Both the position numbers and the translations under genes were made by a program. Below the pieces are notes generated by a model. It had not been told where the DNA came from. It saw nothing but the letters and a program-made list of their open reading frames with translations, and made no database searches. A stretch of 54,767 nucleotides of DNA from the NCBI GenBank assembly GCA_038319305.1, contig JBBQDC010000001.1, forward strand, positions 1-54,767, in the 5' to 3' direction. The stretch is from Actinomycetales bacterium. GTDB lineage: Bacteria > Actinomycetota > Actinomycetes > Actinomycetales > Microbacteriaceae. This document shows positions 1-13,001 of the stretch, piece after piece (the stretch's first letter is position 1; each line of letters begins with the position of its first letter).

Positions 1-135
1 GTCCGCCGTCCGGACGAACCGGTCGCCGCTCCAAGCGGGGACACCGCTCACGATGTCGAGCCACACGTCGTCGCGGTCCTCGTGCCGCAGCCTCGTCACG
101 CCGGTCACCGGGTCGACGTCGAGTATCCCACGAGA
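1..135 (-). pseudogene. Possible fragment of an S9 (DPP-IV-like) peptidase, running off the window edge
   Basis: Manual minus-strand translation GILDVDPVTGVTRLRHEDRDDVWLDIVSGVPAWSGDRFVRTAD resembles an internal segment of actinobacterial S9 peptidases; in-frame TGA lies just upstream. Not in the ORF track. Confidence 0.35.
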
Positions 136-221
136 TCGCGGTCACGGATGACCGGGGTCGCCGCTGTTCGACGATCCGGATCACCAATCTGATCAAGGAA
201 CTGCCGAATCGAGCCCAGATA

Positions 222-270
222 TAGAAACGGCCGGGCGGACCACCCAGGAGGGTGCTCCGTCCGGCCGTCA
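222..270 (-). terminator. Probable intrinsic terminator of the ANTAR regulator gene
   Basis: Inverted repeat ACGGCCGGGCGGA (227-239) / TCCGTCCGGCCGT (256-268), followed by TTTCT on the minus strand, ~30 nt after the stop. Confidence 0.65.
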
Positions 271-301
271 AAGTCTGAGCCGCTGCTGGTGTCTCGCGCT
301 G

Positions 302-907
302 TTATTTTTTGGCGCTGAGCTGTTCGATGATCGCCTGGGCGACGTCGTGCATGGTGAGCCGGCGGTCCATGGATGCCTTCTGGATCCAGCGGAACGCCTC
401 CGGCTCGCTGAGCCCCATTTTCTCGTTGAGCAGGCCCTTGGCCCGGTCGACGAGCTTGCGGGTCTCGAAGCGCTCGACGAGGTCGGCCACCTCGGCTTCG
501 AGGGTGATGATCTGGCTGTAGCGCGAGAGGGCGATCTCGATCGCGGGCAGTAGGTCGTTCGGGGTGAACGGCTTGACCACGTACGCCAGCGCGCCGGCCT
601 CAGTGGCTCGCTCGACCAGTTCTTTCTGGCTGAACGCGGTCAGCAGAACGACGGGGGCGATGTGCGCCTTGGTGATGCGCTCGGCCGCGGAGATGCCGTC
701 GAGGTGGGGCATCTTCACGTCCATGATGACCAGGTCGGGCCGAAGCTCGGTGGCTAGGGCGACGGCGGTTTCTCCGTCGCCGGCTTCACCCACCACCTCG
801 AACCCGGCGTCACGGAGGATTTCGACGATGTCGAGGCGGATGAGGGACTCATCCTCGGCAACGACAACGCGGCGAGGAGGTACTGGGGTGGAGTCTTGGT
901 CGGTCAC
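302..907 (-). CDS. pdtaR: REC-ANTAR response regulator (PdtaR/Rv1626-like)
   Basis: REC motifs VVVAEDE, DLVIMDVKMP, YVVKPF; ANTAR motif RAKGLL...EAFRWIQKASMDRR. Start moved to GTG 907 because the longer ORF overlaps the tRNA. Confidence 0.9.
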   Translation of the reverse strand: MTDQDSTPVPPRRVVVAEDESLIRLDIVEILRDAGFEVVGEAGDGETAVALATELRPDLVIMDVKMPHLDGISAAERITKAHIAPVVLLTAFSQKELVERATEAGALAYVVKPFTPNDLLPAIEIALSRYSQIITLEAEVADLVERFETRKLVDRAKGLLNEKMGLSEPEAFRWIQKASMDRRLTMHDVAQAIIEQLSAKK

Positions 908-945
908 GGGGGAAAGCCTACGGTATTCTGATGCAGGTGTTGTGA

Positions 946-1031
946 GCCGGTGTGGCGGAATGGCAGACGCGGAGCACTCAAAATGCTTTGTTCGCAAGGA
1001 CGTGTGGGTTCGAGTCCCACCACCGGTACCA
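946..1031 (+). tRNA. tRNA-Leu (anticodon CAA)
   Basis: Acceptor GCCGGTG/CACCGGT, D-loop TGGCAGAC, anticodon arm GAGCA-CTCAAAA-TGCTT, long variable arm, GGTTCGAGTCC T-arm, encoded CCA. Confidence 0.96.
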
Positions 1032-1085
1032 ACACCTCAGCCTGAAATCTCTCTTCCACGGGGCATTTTGCCTCGTCCGCCTGAC

Positions 1086-1565
1086 TCAGTCGTGAGCAGG
1101 TCGAGCGGCATTGCCGCGCTGCATGTCTTCTTCCAGGAGAGCGGTGATCGATCGTAGCGTCTCCGGGGACACATCCCCGAGGGTGCGAGCCGCGAAATTG
1201 ACGACGCGCTGGGCACGCAGGCTCTTCACGAACGCCAACTGGGAGTCGACACGTTCCGGGAGGTCGCCGTCAGAACCCAGCAGATACTCGGGTGGGATGC
1301 GGAAGAACTCACCGATGCCCGTGAGCAGGTCGACATCGGTCACGAGAGGTCCGTCCCCGGTGATCATGTAGGCCCACCGGGCGCGGGAGAGCGACAGGCC
1401 CCTCGCCTGGAGCCCCGCGGCGATCTGCTTGTAGGTGTGCGGCGTATTGCCCTCGGCAACAACGACGTCGAGCAGGAGGTTGAGCTTGCGCGCCAGTTCG
1501 CGCTGCGGGCTGATCCGTTCGTCCTGTGGGACGACTGTTCCGTCGATGACTCCGGGATCAATCAT
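1086..1565 (-). CDS. EspR-like (XRE-type HTH) DNA-binding protein
   Basis: LARKLNLLLDVV..PHTYKQIAAGLQARGLSLS..EFFRIPPEY..ERVDSQLAFVKSLR..FAAR aligns by eye with the EspR/Rv3849 pattern; ATG 1565 with AGGA upstream. Confidence 0.7.
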   Translation of the reverse strand: MIDPGVIDGTVVPQDERISPQRELARKLNLLLDVVVAEGNTPHTYKQIAAGLQARGLSLSRARWAYMITGDGPLVTDVDLLTGIGEFFRIPPEYLLGSDGDLPERVDSQLAFVKSLRAQRVVNFAARTLGDVSPETLRSITALLEEDMQRGNAARPAHD

Positions 1566-1569
1566 GGTG

Positions 1570-2604
1570 TCAAGTCCTGTCGAGTGTCGCTGAGCCGGCG
1601 AGGGTGGCGGCGGGAGGTGACGTGATGGGTTTCGCCCGAACATGGTCCTCGGCGGCGTTGATCAGCATCCGTTCGGATGCAGTCACGTTCTGGGCGGGAT
1701 CGAGGAGCAGGCTGTCCCGAATCTCGACGTATCGCCGGTACAGGTGGGCACCAGGATTTCTGACGAGGAGGAGCCCCAGGTGGGAAAGGTCACGCTCGAT
1801 GCTGAGCTCTGGGAACCCAGCCAGCAGGCGCTCCCACAGCGGGGTGATGCGCCAGAGCAGCACCCGGTCGCGAGCAGACTTCCGGGTGATCTGGATGGCG
1901 TCGGCCCCGGCCGTCAGGCCCAGCCCGACGGCGAGGCTGATCGGTGCCGCGAACAGGGAGAACTGGTACAGGGAGAGAAGCCACCCTTGGAAGGCGAATC
2001 CACCGAAGATGACCGACACAGCCGCGCTGGCCAGGCTGATAATCGTGTAGACGAGAATCCAGAAGCATCCGAACACCACAGCGCCCAGAGCGACCCGGGT
2101 GACAGTACGGCGCTGGGTGCGCCGGTCCCTCAGACAGGCCGAGGCCACCGAGACGGAGAAGAACGCGATCGCCAGCCAGGTGGTGGCGGCGTATAGCGCA
2201 TAGTCAGCACGGGAGAGGAACGGCAGACGGATGTCGTCGCTCAGGTGCCAGTCACCGCCGAAGAACAGGAGAGCCTGTACGAGAATGATCGCACCGGCAA
2301 CCAGAGCGGTCACCTTCCGCCGCCGGGGTGTGAGGCCGCGCGGCGAGATCGCTTCCTGCACAAGGTTGCTCACGAGTGCCACGGAAACAATGGCGGTCGC
2401 GTGAAACAGGAAGTACGTGACGTGAACTCCGCCGAGCAGGGGATCGATGCGGTAATACACGAGATCCGGTTGCAGAGTCAGGGTCGTTGCGAGGGCGGTG
2501 AGCACCCAGAACAGTGATCGACGATGCCCTCGAACGAAGAAGGGAACACAGAACGCAACGGCGACCCAGAGGGCACCCGACACTGAGAGCAGGATGATCT
2601 GCAC
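1570..2604 (-). CDS. 7-TM membrane protein with C-terminal soluble domain (MAB_1171c family / DUF6545-like)
   Basis: Seven hydrophobic segments in the first ~235 aa, then PLWERL..FPEL..LYRRYVEIRDSLL, typical of this family. Confidence 0.7.
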   Translation of the reverse strand: MQIILLSVSGALWVAVAFCVPFFVRGHRRSLFWVLTALATTLTLQPDLVYYRIDPLLGGVHVTYFLFHATAIVSVALVSNLVQEAISPRGLTPRRRKVTALVAGAIILVQALLFFGGDWHLSDDIRLPFLSRADYALYAATTWLAIAFFSVSVASACLRDRRTQRRTVTRVALGAVVFGCFWILVYTIISLASAAVSVIFGGFAFQGWLLSLYQFSLFAAPISLAVGLGLTAGADAIQITRKSARDRVLLWRITPLWERLLAGFPELSIERDLSHLGLLLVRNPGAHLYRRYVEIRDSLLLDPAQNVTASERMLINAAEDHVRAKPITSPPAATLAGSATLDRT

Positions 2605-3098
2605 TACAGCACCCGGCCGAAACCGTTGCGGGGACCGCTGGCTGCGTCGGCGTTGTCGTTCAGCATGATCAGGGCCAGCTGATCACCGATAGCTTCGGCC
2701 AGGGCCTCCTGCTCGTCAGTGAAGTTGCTGCGAGACAGCGCGTAGGCGATCGAGTCCAGCGGGATGAGAGGCGCAAGCAACGCCACCCGCTCCACCGGTA
2801 CGAGCACTTTCTCGTGCCTCAGGATCATGTGTCCGAATTCGTGGTTGATGAACTGTTGGCGGTGAACGGCGGAGTCCGTCGGCGCGTGATGGATGCGCTC
2901 GAAGTTCTCCCCCGCGACCTCGATCCACAATCCGCAGACCCCGGCGTCGAGCAGTCGCGAACTGGCCGCGCGAATCACGATCGGCCTTCCACGCAGCCCT
3001 TCCATGTGGCGGTGCAGCTTCTCGGCGGTCAACGGACGCGGTAGTCCGAGGGCAGCCACCAGAGAACGCGCCCGCTCCGTGCGTGCTTCGTAGTTCAC
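2604..3098 (-). CDS. IrrE/ImmA-like zinc metallopeptidase domain protein
   Basis: CGLW..HRQQFINHEFGHMIL (HExxH) and downstream EQEALAE; its stop overlaps the next start by 1 nt. Confidence 0.75.
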   Translation of the reverse strand: MNYEARTERARSLVAALGLPRPLTAEKLHRHMEGLRGRPIVIRAASSRLLDAGVCGLWIEVAGENFERIHHAPTDSAVHRQQFINHEFGHMILRHEKVLVPVERVALLAPLIPLDSIAYALSRSNFTDEQEALAEAIGDQLALIMLNDNADAASGPRNGFGRVL

Positions 3099-3146
3099 GG
3101 ACTGCTCCCGTTCCTGCGCCGCCGGCCTCCTGAGGCCTGATCGGTG

Positions 3147-3202
3147 ATATTAGACATGTCCAACAGATGCTAACGTGATCATTGGTTGGACATGTCTACG
3201 CT
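3147..3202. promoter_or_regulatory. Perfect 14-bp inverted repeat (putative operator) overlapping divergent -10 boxes
   Basis: TAGACATGTCCAAC (3151-3164), 20-nt spacer, GTTGGACATGTCTA (3185-3198); TAATAT on minus (3152-3147), TACGCT on plus (3197-3202). Confidence 0.7.
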
Positions 3203-3278
3203 AGCGGGTCGGGGGACCTGCGCGCGCCACGGGCCGTCCAGTCACGCTCCGTCGTGGAGTTCACGCGCACAACCTCAT

Positions 3279-3310
3279 GGGCGACACCGAAGGGGAACAG
3301 GGTGTCGCCC
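3279..3310. repeat. Perfect 10-bp inverted repeat / hairpin
   Basis: GGGCGACACC (3279-3288), 12-nt loop, GGTGTCGCCC (3301-3310). Confidence 0.6.
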
Positions 3311-3354
3311 GGAGGCGGTGGGTCGGAGATATGCGACGCTGAGACCTGCAGCAC

Positions 3355-3396
3355 GAGAAAGCCCCGCCACCCGAAACCGGGCGGCGGGGCTTTTTC
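3355..3396. terminator. Bidirectional intrinsic terminator downstream of pyk
   Basis: AAAGCCCCGCC..GGCGGGGCTTTTT GC-rich stem with A-tract before and T-tract after. Confidence 0.85.
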
Positions 3397-3409
3397 GATT
3401 CAGCCGGCG

Positions 3410-4855
3410 CTACTTCTTCGCGTAGGCCGGGTGCACCTCATTGTGGGCATCGCCCACGCAGTGCACACGGATGTCGTTCGTGGAGCCCGCAATTCCGGGA
3501 GGGGAACCGCTGATGACGACGACCTTGTCACCGAGCTGGGCCAGACCCTGGCCCAGCAGGATGTCATCTACCTGTCCGAACATGGCATCCGTGTGGGTGA
3601 CCCGGTCGACGAGGTACGTCTGGATTCCCCAGGTGAGGGCCAGACGACGACGGATGCCGGGCTCCGGGGTGAAGGCCAGCATGGGGATCTTCGACCGCAG
3701 ACGGGACATCCGTCGGGCCGAGTCACCAGACTCCGTGAAGATGCAGAGAAACTTCGCTTCGACGAACTCGGCAACCTCGATGGCGGCAAGGGTGATCGCG
3801 CCACCCTGGGTGCGCGGCTTGTTCGTCAGCGGAGCAATGCGTTCCAGGCCGTGGTCCTCGGTCGACGCCACGATGCGCGCCATCGTCTGGACCGTCACGA
3901 CGGGGTATTCGCCGACACTGGTTTCGCCGCTGAGCATGACCGCATCCGCGCCGTCGAGCACGGCGTTGGCGACGTCAGACGTCTCCGCGCGCGTCGGCAC
4001 CGGGCTGTGGATCATGGACTCAAGCATCTGTGTCGCCACGATGACCGGCTTCGCCATGCGGCGGGCAAGCTCGACCGCGTGCTTCTGAACGATCGGAACG
4101 GCCTCGAGTGGGAGTTCCACGCCCAGGTCTCCACGGGCGACCATGATGGCGTCGAATGCGTCGACGATGCCTTCGAGGTTCTCGACGGCCTGCGGCTTCT
4201 CGATCTTCGCGATCACGGGAACGCGACGGCCTTCTTCAGCCATGATCTCGTGCACCCGGGTGATGTCGGCAGCGTCGCGAACGAATGACAGTGCGATCAG
4301 GTCCGTGCCGAGGCGGAGACCCCAGCGCAGGTCGGCCTCGTCTTTTTCAGACAGGGCCGGCACGTTGACGGCCACGCCGGGCAGGTTAATGCCTTTGTTG
4401 TTTGAAACAGGGCCGGCGACGATGACCTTCGTCGTCACGACGGTACCGTTTGTGACCACGACCTCGACCTTGACCTTGCCATCGTCGATCAGCAGGAAGT
4501 CGCCCGGCTTGACGTCCATGGGCAGGCCCTTGTACGTGGTGCCAGAGAGTTCCTTGGTGCCGAGGACTTCTTCTGTGGTGATCTTAAAGATGTCGCCGAC
4601 GGCCAGTTCGTAAGGGCCGCCTTCGAACTTTCCGAGCCGAATCTTCGGTCCCTGCAGGTCGACCATGACGGCAACGGCGCGGCCGGAATCGTTCGCAGCT
4701 TTCCGTACGTTGGCGTAAACGCCCTCGTGGACTTGGTAGTCCCCGTGGCTCAGGTTCATCCGACAAACGTCGACGCCGGCATCGATAAGGGCACGAATTT
4801 GATCGTAGCTGGCTGCTGCCGGCCCGAGCGTGGCGACAATTTTGGCGCGTCTCAT
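3410..4855 (-). CDS. pyk: Pyruvate kinase
   Basis: KIVATLGP, RMNLSHG, DLQGPKIR, MVARGDLGVE, ATQMLESM, VMLSGET. Confidence 0.98.
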   Translation of the reverse strand: MRRAKIVATLGPAAASYDQIRALIDAGVDVCRMNLSHGDYQVHEGVYANVRKAANDSGRAVAVMVDLQGPKIRLGKFEGGPYELAVGDIFKITTEEVLGTKELSGTTYKGLPMDVKPGDFLLIDDGKVKVEVVVTNGTVVTTKVIVAGPVSNNKGINLPGVAVNVPALSEKDEADLRWGLRLGTDLIALSFVRDAADITRVHEIMAEEGRRVPVIAKIEKPQAVENLEGIVDAFDAIMVARGDLGVELPLEAVPIVQKHAVELARRMAKPVIVATQMLESMIHSPVPTRAETSDVANAVLDGADAVMLSGETSVGEYPVVTVQTMARIVASTEDHGLERIAPLTNKPRTQGGAITLAAIEVAEFVEAKFLCIFTESGDSARRMSRLRSKIPMLAFTPEPGIRRRLALTWGIQTYLVDRVTHTDAMFGQVDDILLGQGLAQLGDKVVVISGSPPGIAGSTNDIRVHCVGDAHNEVHPAYAKK

Positions 4856-4965
4856 ACTGAAAAATCTCCGGTTTCCGCGCTGTTTTGGCGCATATTCACT
4901 GTTGATGGTCGGGAGACCACGGGGTAGTGGATCTCTTGGAATCGAATCACTGGATCAGTGACCAA

Positions 4966-6415
4966 TCAGATTGCGAAGGCGTGATCGGTCGGTTTGACCG
5001 GTGCAGGCAGTTGCGTCTCGCCTTCGAGGAATTTGTCGACGGCTGCCGCAGCAGCCCGACCTTCGGCGATCGCCCAGACGATGAGCGACTGGCCACGGCC
5101 GGCATCACCAGCGACGAACACGCCTTCGTGGCTGGTCTGGTAATTAACGTCACGTTCGACATTACTCCGCCCATCGACCGGAACGTGCAGCTGGTCGCTC
5201 AGCTCGCGCGACTCGGGGCCGGTGAAGCCCATGGCCAGGAGCACCAGGTCCGCGGGGATCTCACGCTCCGTTCCGACCTTGGGGACACGGCGTCCGTCGA
5301 GGAATTCGGTCTCGGCCACGCGAATGGCGCGCACCTCACCGACGTCGTTGGCAAGAAACTCCACCGTCGACACCAGGTACTCACGGTTGCCGCCCTCTTC
5401 GTGGGCGCTGGACACCTCGAACAGCGTCGGTGAGAGCGGCCAGGGCTGGTGCTCCGGTCGTTCCGCGCCCGGCTGGCGGCCGATGGCGAGGTTGGTGACG
5501 GACGCCGCGGCCTGGCGGTGAGCCGTGCCGATGCAGTCCGCGCCGGTGTCGCCGCCGCCGAGTACGACCACGTGCTTACCCTCGGCGGTGATCTGCTGGT
5601 TGACCGTGTCGCCGGCGCCAACCTTGTTCTGCTGCACCAGATATTCCATGGCGAAGTGCACGCCGGGAAGGTCGCGGCCGGGGATCGGAAGGTCTCGGGG
5701 CACCATGGCCCCCGTGGCGACCACCACGGCGTCATAGCGGGCCCGAAGGTCGTCCCAGGTGATGTCCACGCCGATGGTCACCCCTGCGCGGAAACGTGTG
5801 CCCTCGGCAGTCATCTGCCCCAATCGAGTTTCGAGATGCTTCTTCTCCATCTTGAAGTCCGGAATGCCGTAGCGAAGCAGCCCGCCGATGCGGTCATCGC
5901 GTTCGAAGACCGCGACCGTGTGCCCGGCCCGGGTGAGCTGCTGGGCGGCTGCGAGGCCCGCCGGGCCCGATCCGACTACGGCGACCGTCTTGCCGGTGAG
6001 GCGTCCCGGCGGCTGGGGCTGCACCCATCCGTTGGCAAACGCCTGGTCGATGATGGAGACCTCGACCTGCTTGATGGTGACCGGCGGCTGGCTGATGCCG
6101 AGCACGCAGGCCGACTCACAGGGCGCCGGGCAGAGGCGGCCGGTGAACTCGGGGAAGTTGTTGGTCACATGGAGCCGTTCGATGGCCTGGCGACCCTCAT
6201 CGCGCCAGGTGAGGTCGTTCCACTCCGGGATGATGTTGCCGAGGGGACAACCCTGCTGGCAGAACGGCACACCGCAGTCCATGCAGCGTCCCGCTTGGCG
6301 TTTCAACTGCGTGGCGTCGCCCTGCTCATAGACCTCTTTCCAGTCCATGAGACGAACGGACACGGGGCGACGGGGCGGGAGCTCCCGCGCCGGGGTCTTG
6401 AGGAATCCCTTCGGA

Positions 6416-6423
<8 letters not shown>
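4966..6423 (-). CDS. gltD: Glutamate synthase small subunit
   Basis: MADPKGFL start, [42 protein letters not shown]. Confidence 0.97.
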
Positions 6424-10993
<4,570 letters not shown>

Positions 10994-11116
10994 TGGACCG
11001 TCCTCACGAAAGTAACTGGCAAGTGGGGACGACGCTGGCCCGCTCAGGTAGACATTTGCGCGGCGGCCCGTCATATCGGGTCACAAGCCGTGGAACAGGT
11101 TGAAGGTTACCTGAGC

Positions 11117-12094
11117 CTAGAGGCGCGAGTTGCTGGTGCTTGTGGCTGCAACGTCGTCTGTTCCGGCGGGATCGACGGCCTCGTCACCGTGGTCCTCGGG
11201 GTCCGAATCAAACTCATCAGATTCTACCTCAGCGTCGGGCCCCTTCCACTCCCGCCCGGAAACATACACGCTCGTGGGCAGGCCCGTGTGGCGCCGGGTC
11301 TGAATCGCGATCAGAATGATCCCCAGCAGGATGGCGGTGAAGGCGGCCCACACATTGGTGCGGAGGCCGAAGAACATCTCGCTCGGGTCCACCCGGATCG
11401 ACTCGAAAAAGCTACGGCCGAGACCGTACCAAATCAGGTAGACGCCGAAGGCCTTGCCCCAGCGGAGCGCGACCGTGCGTTCGATCGCCAGGATGAGCAC
11501 AACGCCGACCACGTTCCAGATCATCTCGTAGAGGAAGGTGGGGTGGAACAGGGTCTCGGGGGGAAGCCCGATCGGGAAAGCCGGGTTGGCGGCGGAGATC
11601 TCGAGGCCCCACGGCAGGTCGGTAGGCAGCCCGAAGAGCTCCTCGTTGAACCAGTTGCCGAGTCGCCCCATGGCTTGCGCAACAAGCATCCCGGGGGCCA
11701 GGGCGTCGGCGAAGGCCCAGAACCGGATCCCTGACATACGGCAGCCGATGTACGCGCCGACGGCGCCACCCAGAAGCGCTCCGAAGATGGCGTTACCGCC
11801 GTTCCAGATGGCGAAAACCTCCAGCGGGTTGGCGCCCTCGAAGAAATAGTCGGAGGGGTGCGTGAACACATGGTAGAAGCGCGCGCCGACGATGCCAAGC
11901 GGAACAGCCCAGAGGATGATGTCGAGCACCACGCCCGGCTCACCGCCGCGCGTGCTCAGCCGGCGGGACGTCATCACGGTGGCGGCAATGATTCCGGCCA
12001 GGATGCAGAGGGCGTAGGCGTGGATGGTGAACGGGCCGAGGGTGAAGGAGCTCCATTCGGGGCTCGGGCTCGGGATGCTCAGAAAAAAAGACAC
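11117..12094 (-). CDS. lgt: Prolipoprotein diacylglyceryl transferase
   Basis: GARFYHV, QAMGRLGNWFNEELFG, HPTFLYE; GTG 12094 chosen from AAAGGT RBS. Confidence 0.95.
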   Translation of the reverse strand: MSFFLSIPSPSPEWSSFTLGPFTIHAYALCILAGIIAATVMTSRRLSTRGGEPGVVLDIILWAVPLGIVGARFYHVFTHPSDYFFEGANPLEVFAIWNGGNAIFGALLGGAVGAYIGCRMSGIRFWAFADALAPGMLVAQAMGRLGNWFNEELFGLPTDLPWGLEISAANPAFPIGLPPETLFHPTFLYEMIWNVVGVVLILAIERTVALRWGKAFGVYLIWYGLGRSFFESIRVDPSEMFFGLRTNVWAAFTAILLGIILIAIQTRRHTGLPTSVYVSGREWKGPDAEVESDEFDSDPEDHGDEAVDPAGTDDVAATSTSNSRL

Positions 12095-12164
12095 CTGGGG
12101 ACTACCTTTCATCGTGGCGTCGGACACCGTGAAGGAGCCGAACGACCGCCTCGGTCAACTTACC

Positions 12165-13001
12165 TTAGCTGGCGGGGCGGATATCCCGGGCGCCGGCAGC
12201 CAGATCACGGGCGAGGGCGGCAACGGCCGGCACTCCCCCGTCGGACAGAGCTTTGACCAGCGCGGATCCCACGATGGCGCCGTCCGCGTAGGCGAGGATC
12301 TCCCGGACCTGGTCCGGGGTGGAGATGCCGAGGCCGACGCAGGCGCTGGTGGAACCAGCGGCACGGAGACGCTCGACGAGTACCCGGGCGGCGGAGTCCA
12401 CGTCGCCGCGGGCGCCCGTGATACCCATAGTGGAGACCGCGTAGACGAAGCCACGGCTGGCCTCCACGGCCTGACGCAGCCGCTCGTCGGACGACGAGGG
12501 TGCGGCGAGGAAGACTCGGTCGAGGCCCGTGCGCGTGCTGGCGCCCACCCAGGCGGACGAGTCGTCGGGGATGAGGTCGGGCGTGATCAGGCCGGCGCCG
12601 CCGGCGGCGAGCAGGTCGTCAGCGAACCGGTCGACGCCGTATTGCAGAATGGGGTTCCAGTAGGTCATCACCAAAACGGGTACATTCACCTGGGTGGTGA
12701 TCGCCGCCACGGCTTCGATTCCGTGGCGCAGCCGGAAGCCGTTCGCCAGGGCCTGCTGGGTCGCCGCCTGGATGACCGGCCCGTCCATCACGGGGTCGGT
12801 GTAGGGCAGGCCCAGTTCGAGGATGTCGACGCCGCTGTTCGCGATGGCCACCGCAGCGTCGATGCTCTCGGTCAGGGTCGGGAATCCGACCGGAAGGTAG
12901 CCGATCAGGGCGCCGCCGCCCTCGGAGCGGCGGCGATTGATGGCCGACTCAACCGTGCTCGTCGTTCGGGTTGTGGGGCCCGTTCCTGTTTCCGTGCTCA
13001 T
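12165..13001 (-). CDS. trpA: Tryptophan synthase alpha chain
   Basis: [31 protein letters not shown]. Confidence 0.97.
   Translation of the reverse strand: MSTETGTGPTTRTTSTVESAINRRRSEGGGALIGYLPVGFPTLTESIDAAVAIANSGVDILELGLPYTDPVMDGPVIQAATQQALANGFRLRHGIEAVAAITTQVNVPVLVMTYWNPILQYGVDRFADDLLAAGGAGLITPDLIPDDSSAWVGASTRTGLDRVFLAAPSSSDERLRQAVEASRGFVYAVSTMGITGARGDVDSAARVLVERLRAAGSTSACVGLGISTPDQVREILAYADGAIVGSALVKALSDGGVPAVAALARDLAAGARDIRPAS

Noticed and set aside
908-997. N-terminal extension of pdtaR in the ORF track
   Set aside because: Overlaps the tRNA; GTG 907 with a leaderless -10 is more plausible. Similar over-long starts were trimmed for gltD, trpE, trpC, hisF, nusB, metK, aroE and cyoE.
1570-3098. 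Calling the module a toxin-antitoxin or anti-phage system outright
   Set aside because: No recognisable toxic effector domain; defence remains only a hypothesis to test
1000-3400. Integrative element or prophage at tRNA-Leu
   Set aside because: No integrase, and no duplicate of the tRNA 3' end (attR) was seen before pyk; only the position suggests an island
3186-3425. 79-aa plus-strand ORF divergent from the three-gene module
   Set aside because: Starts inside the operator upstream of the candidate -10, runs through the terminator into pyk, and has no recognisable features
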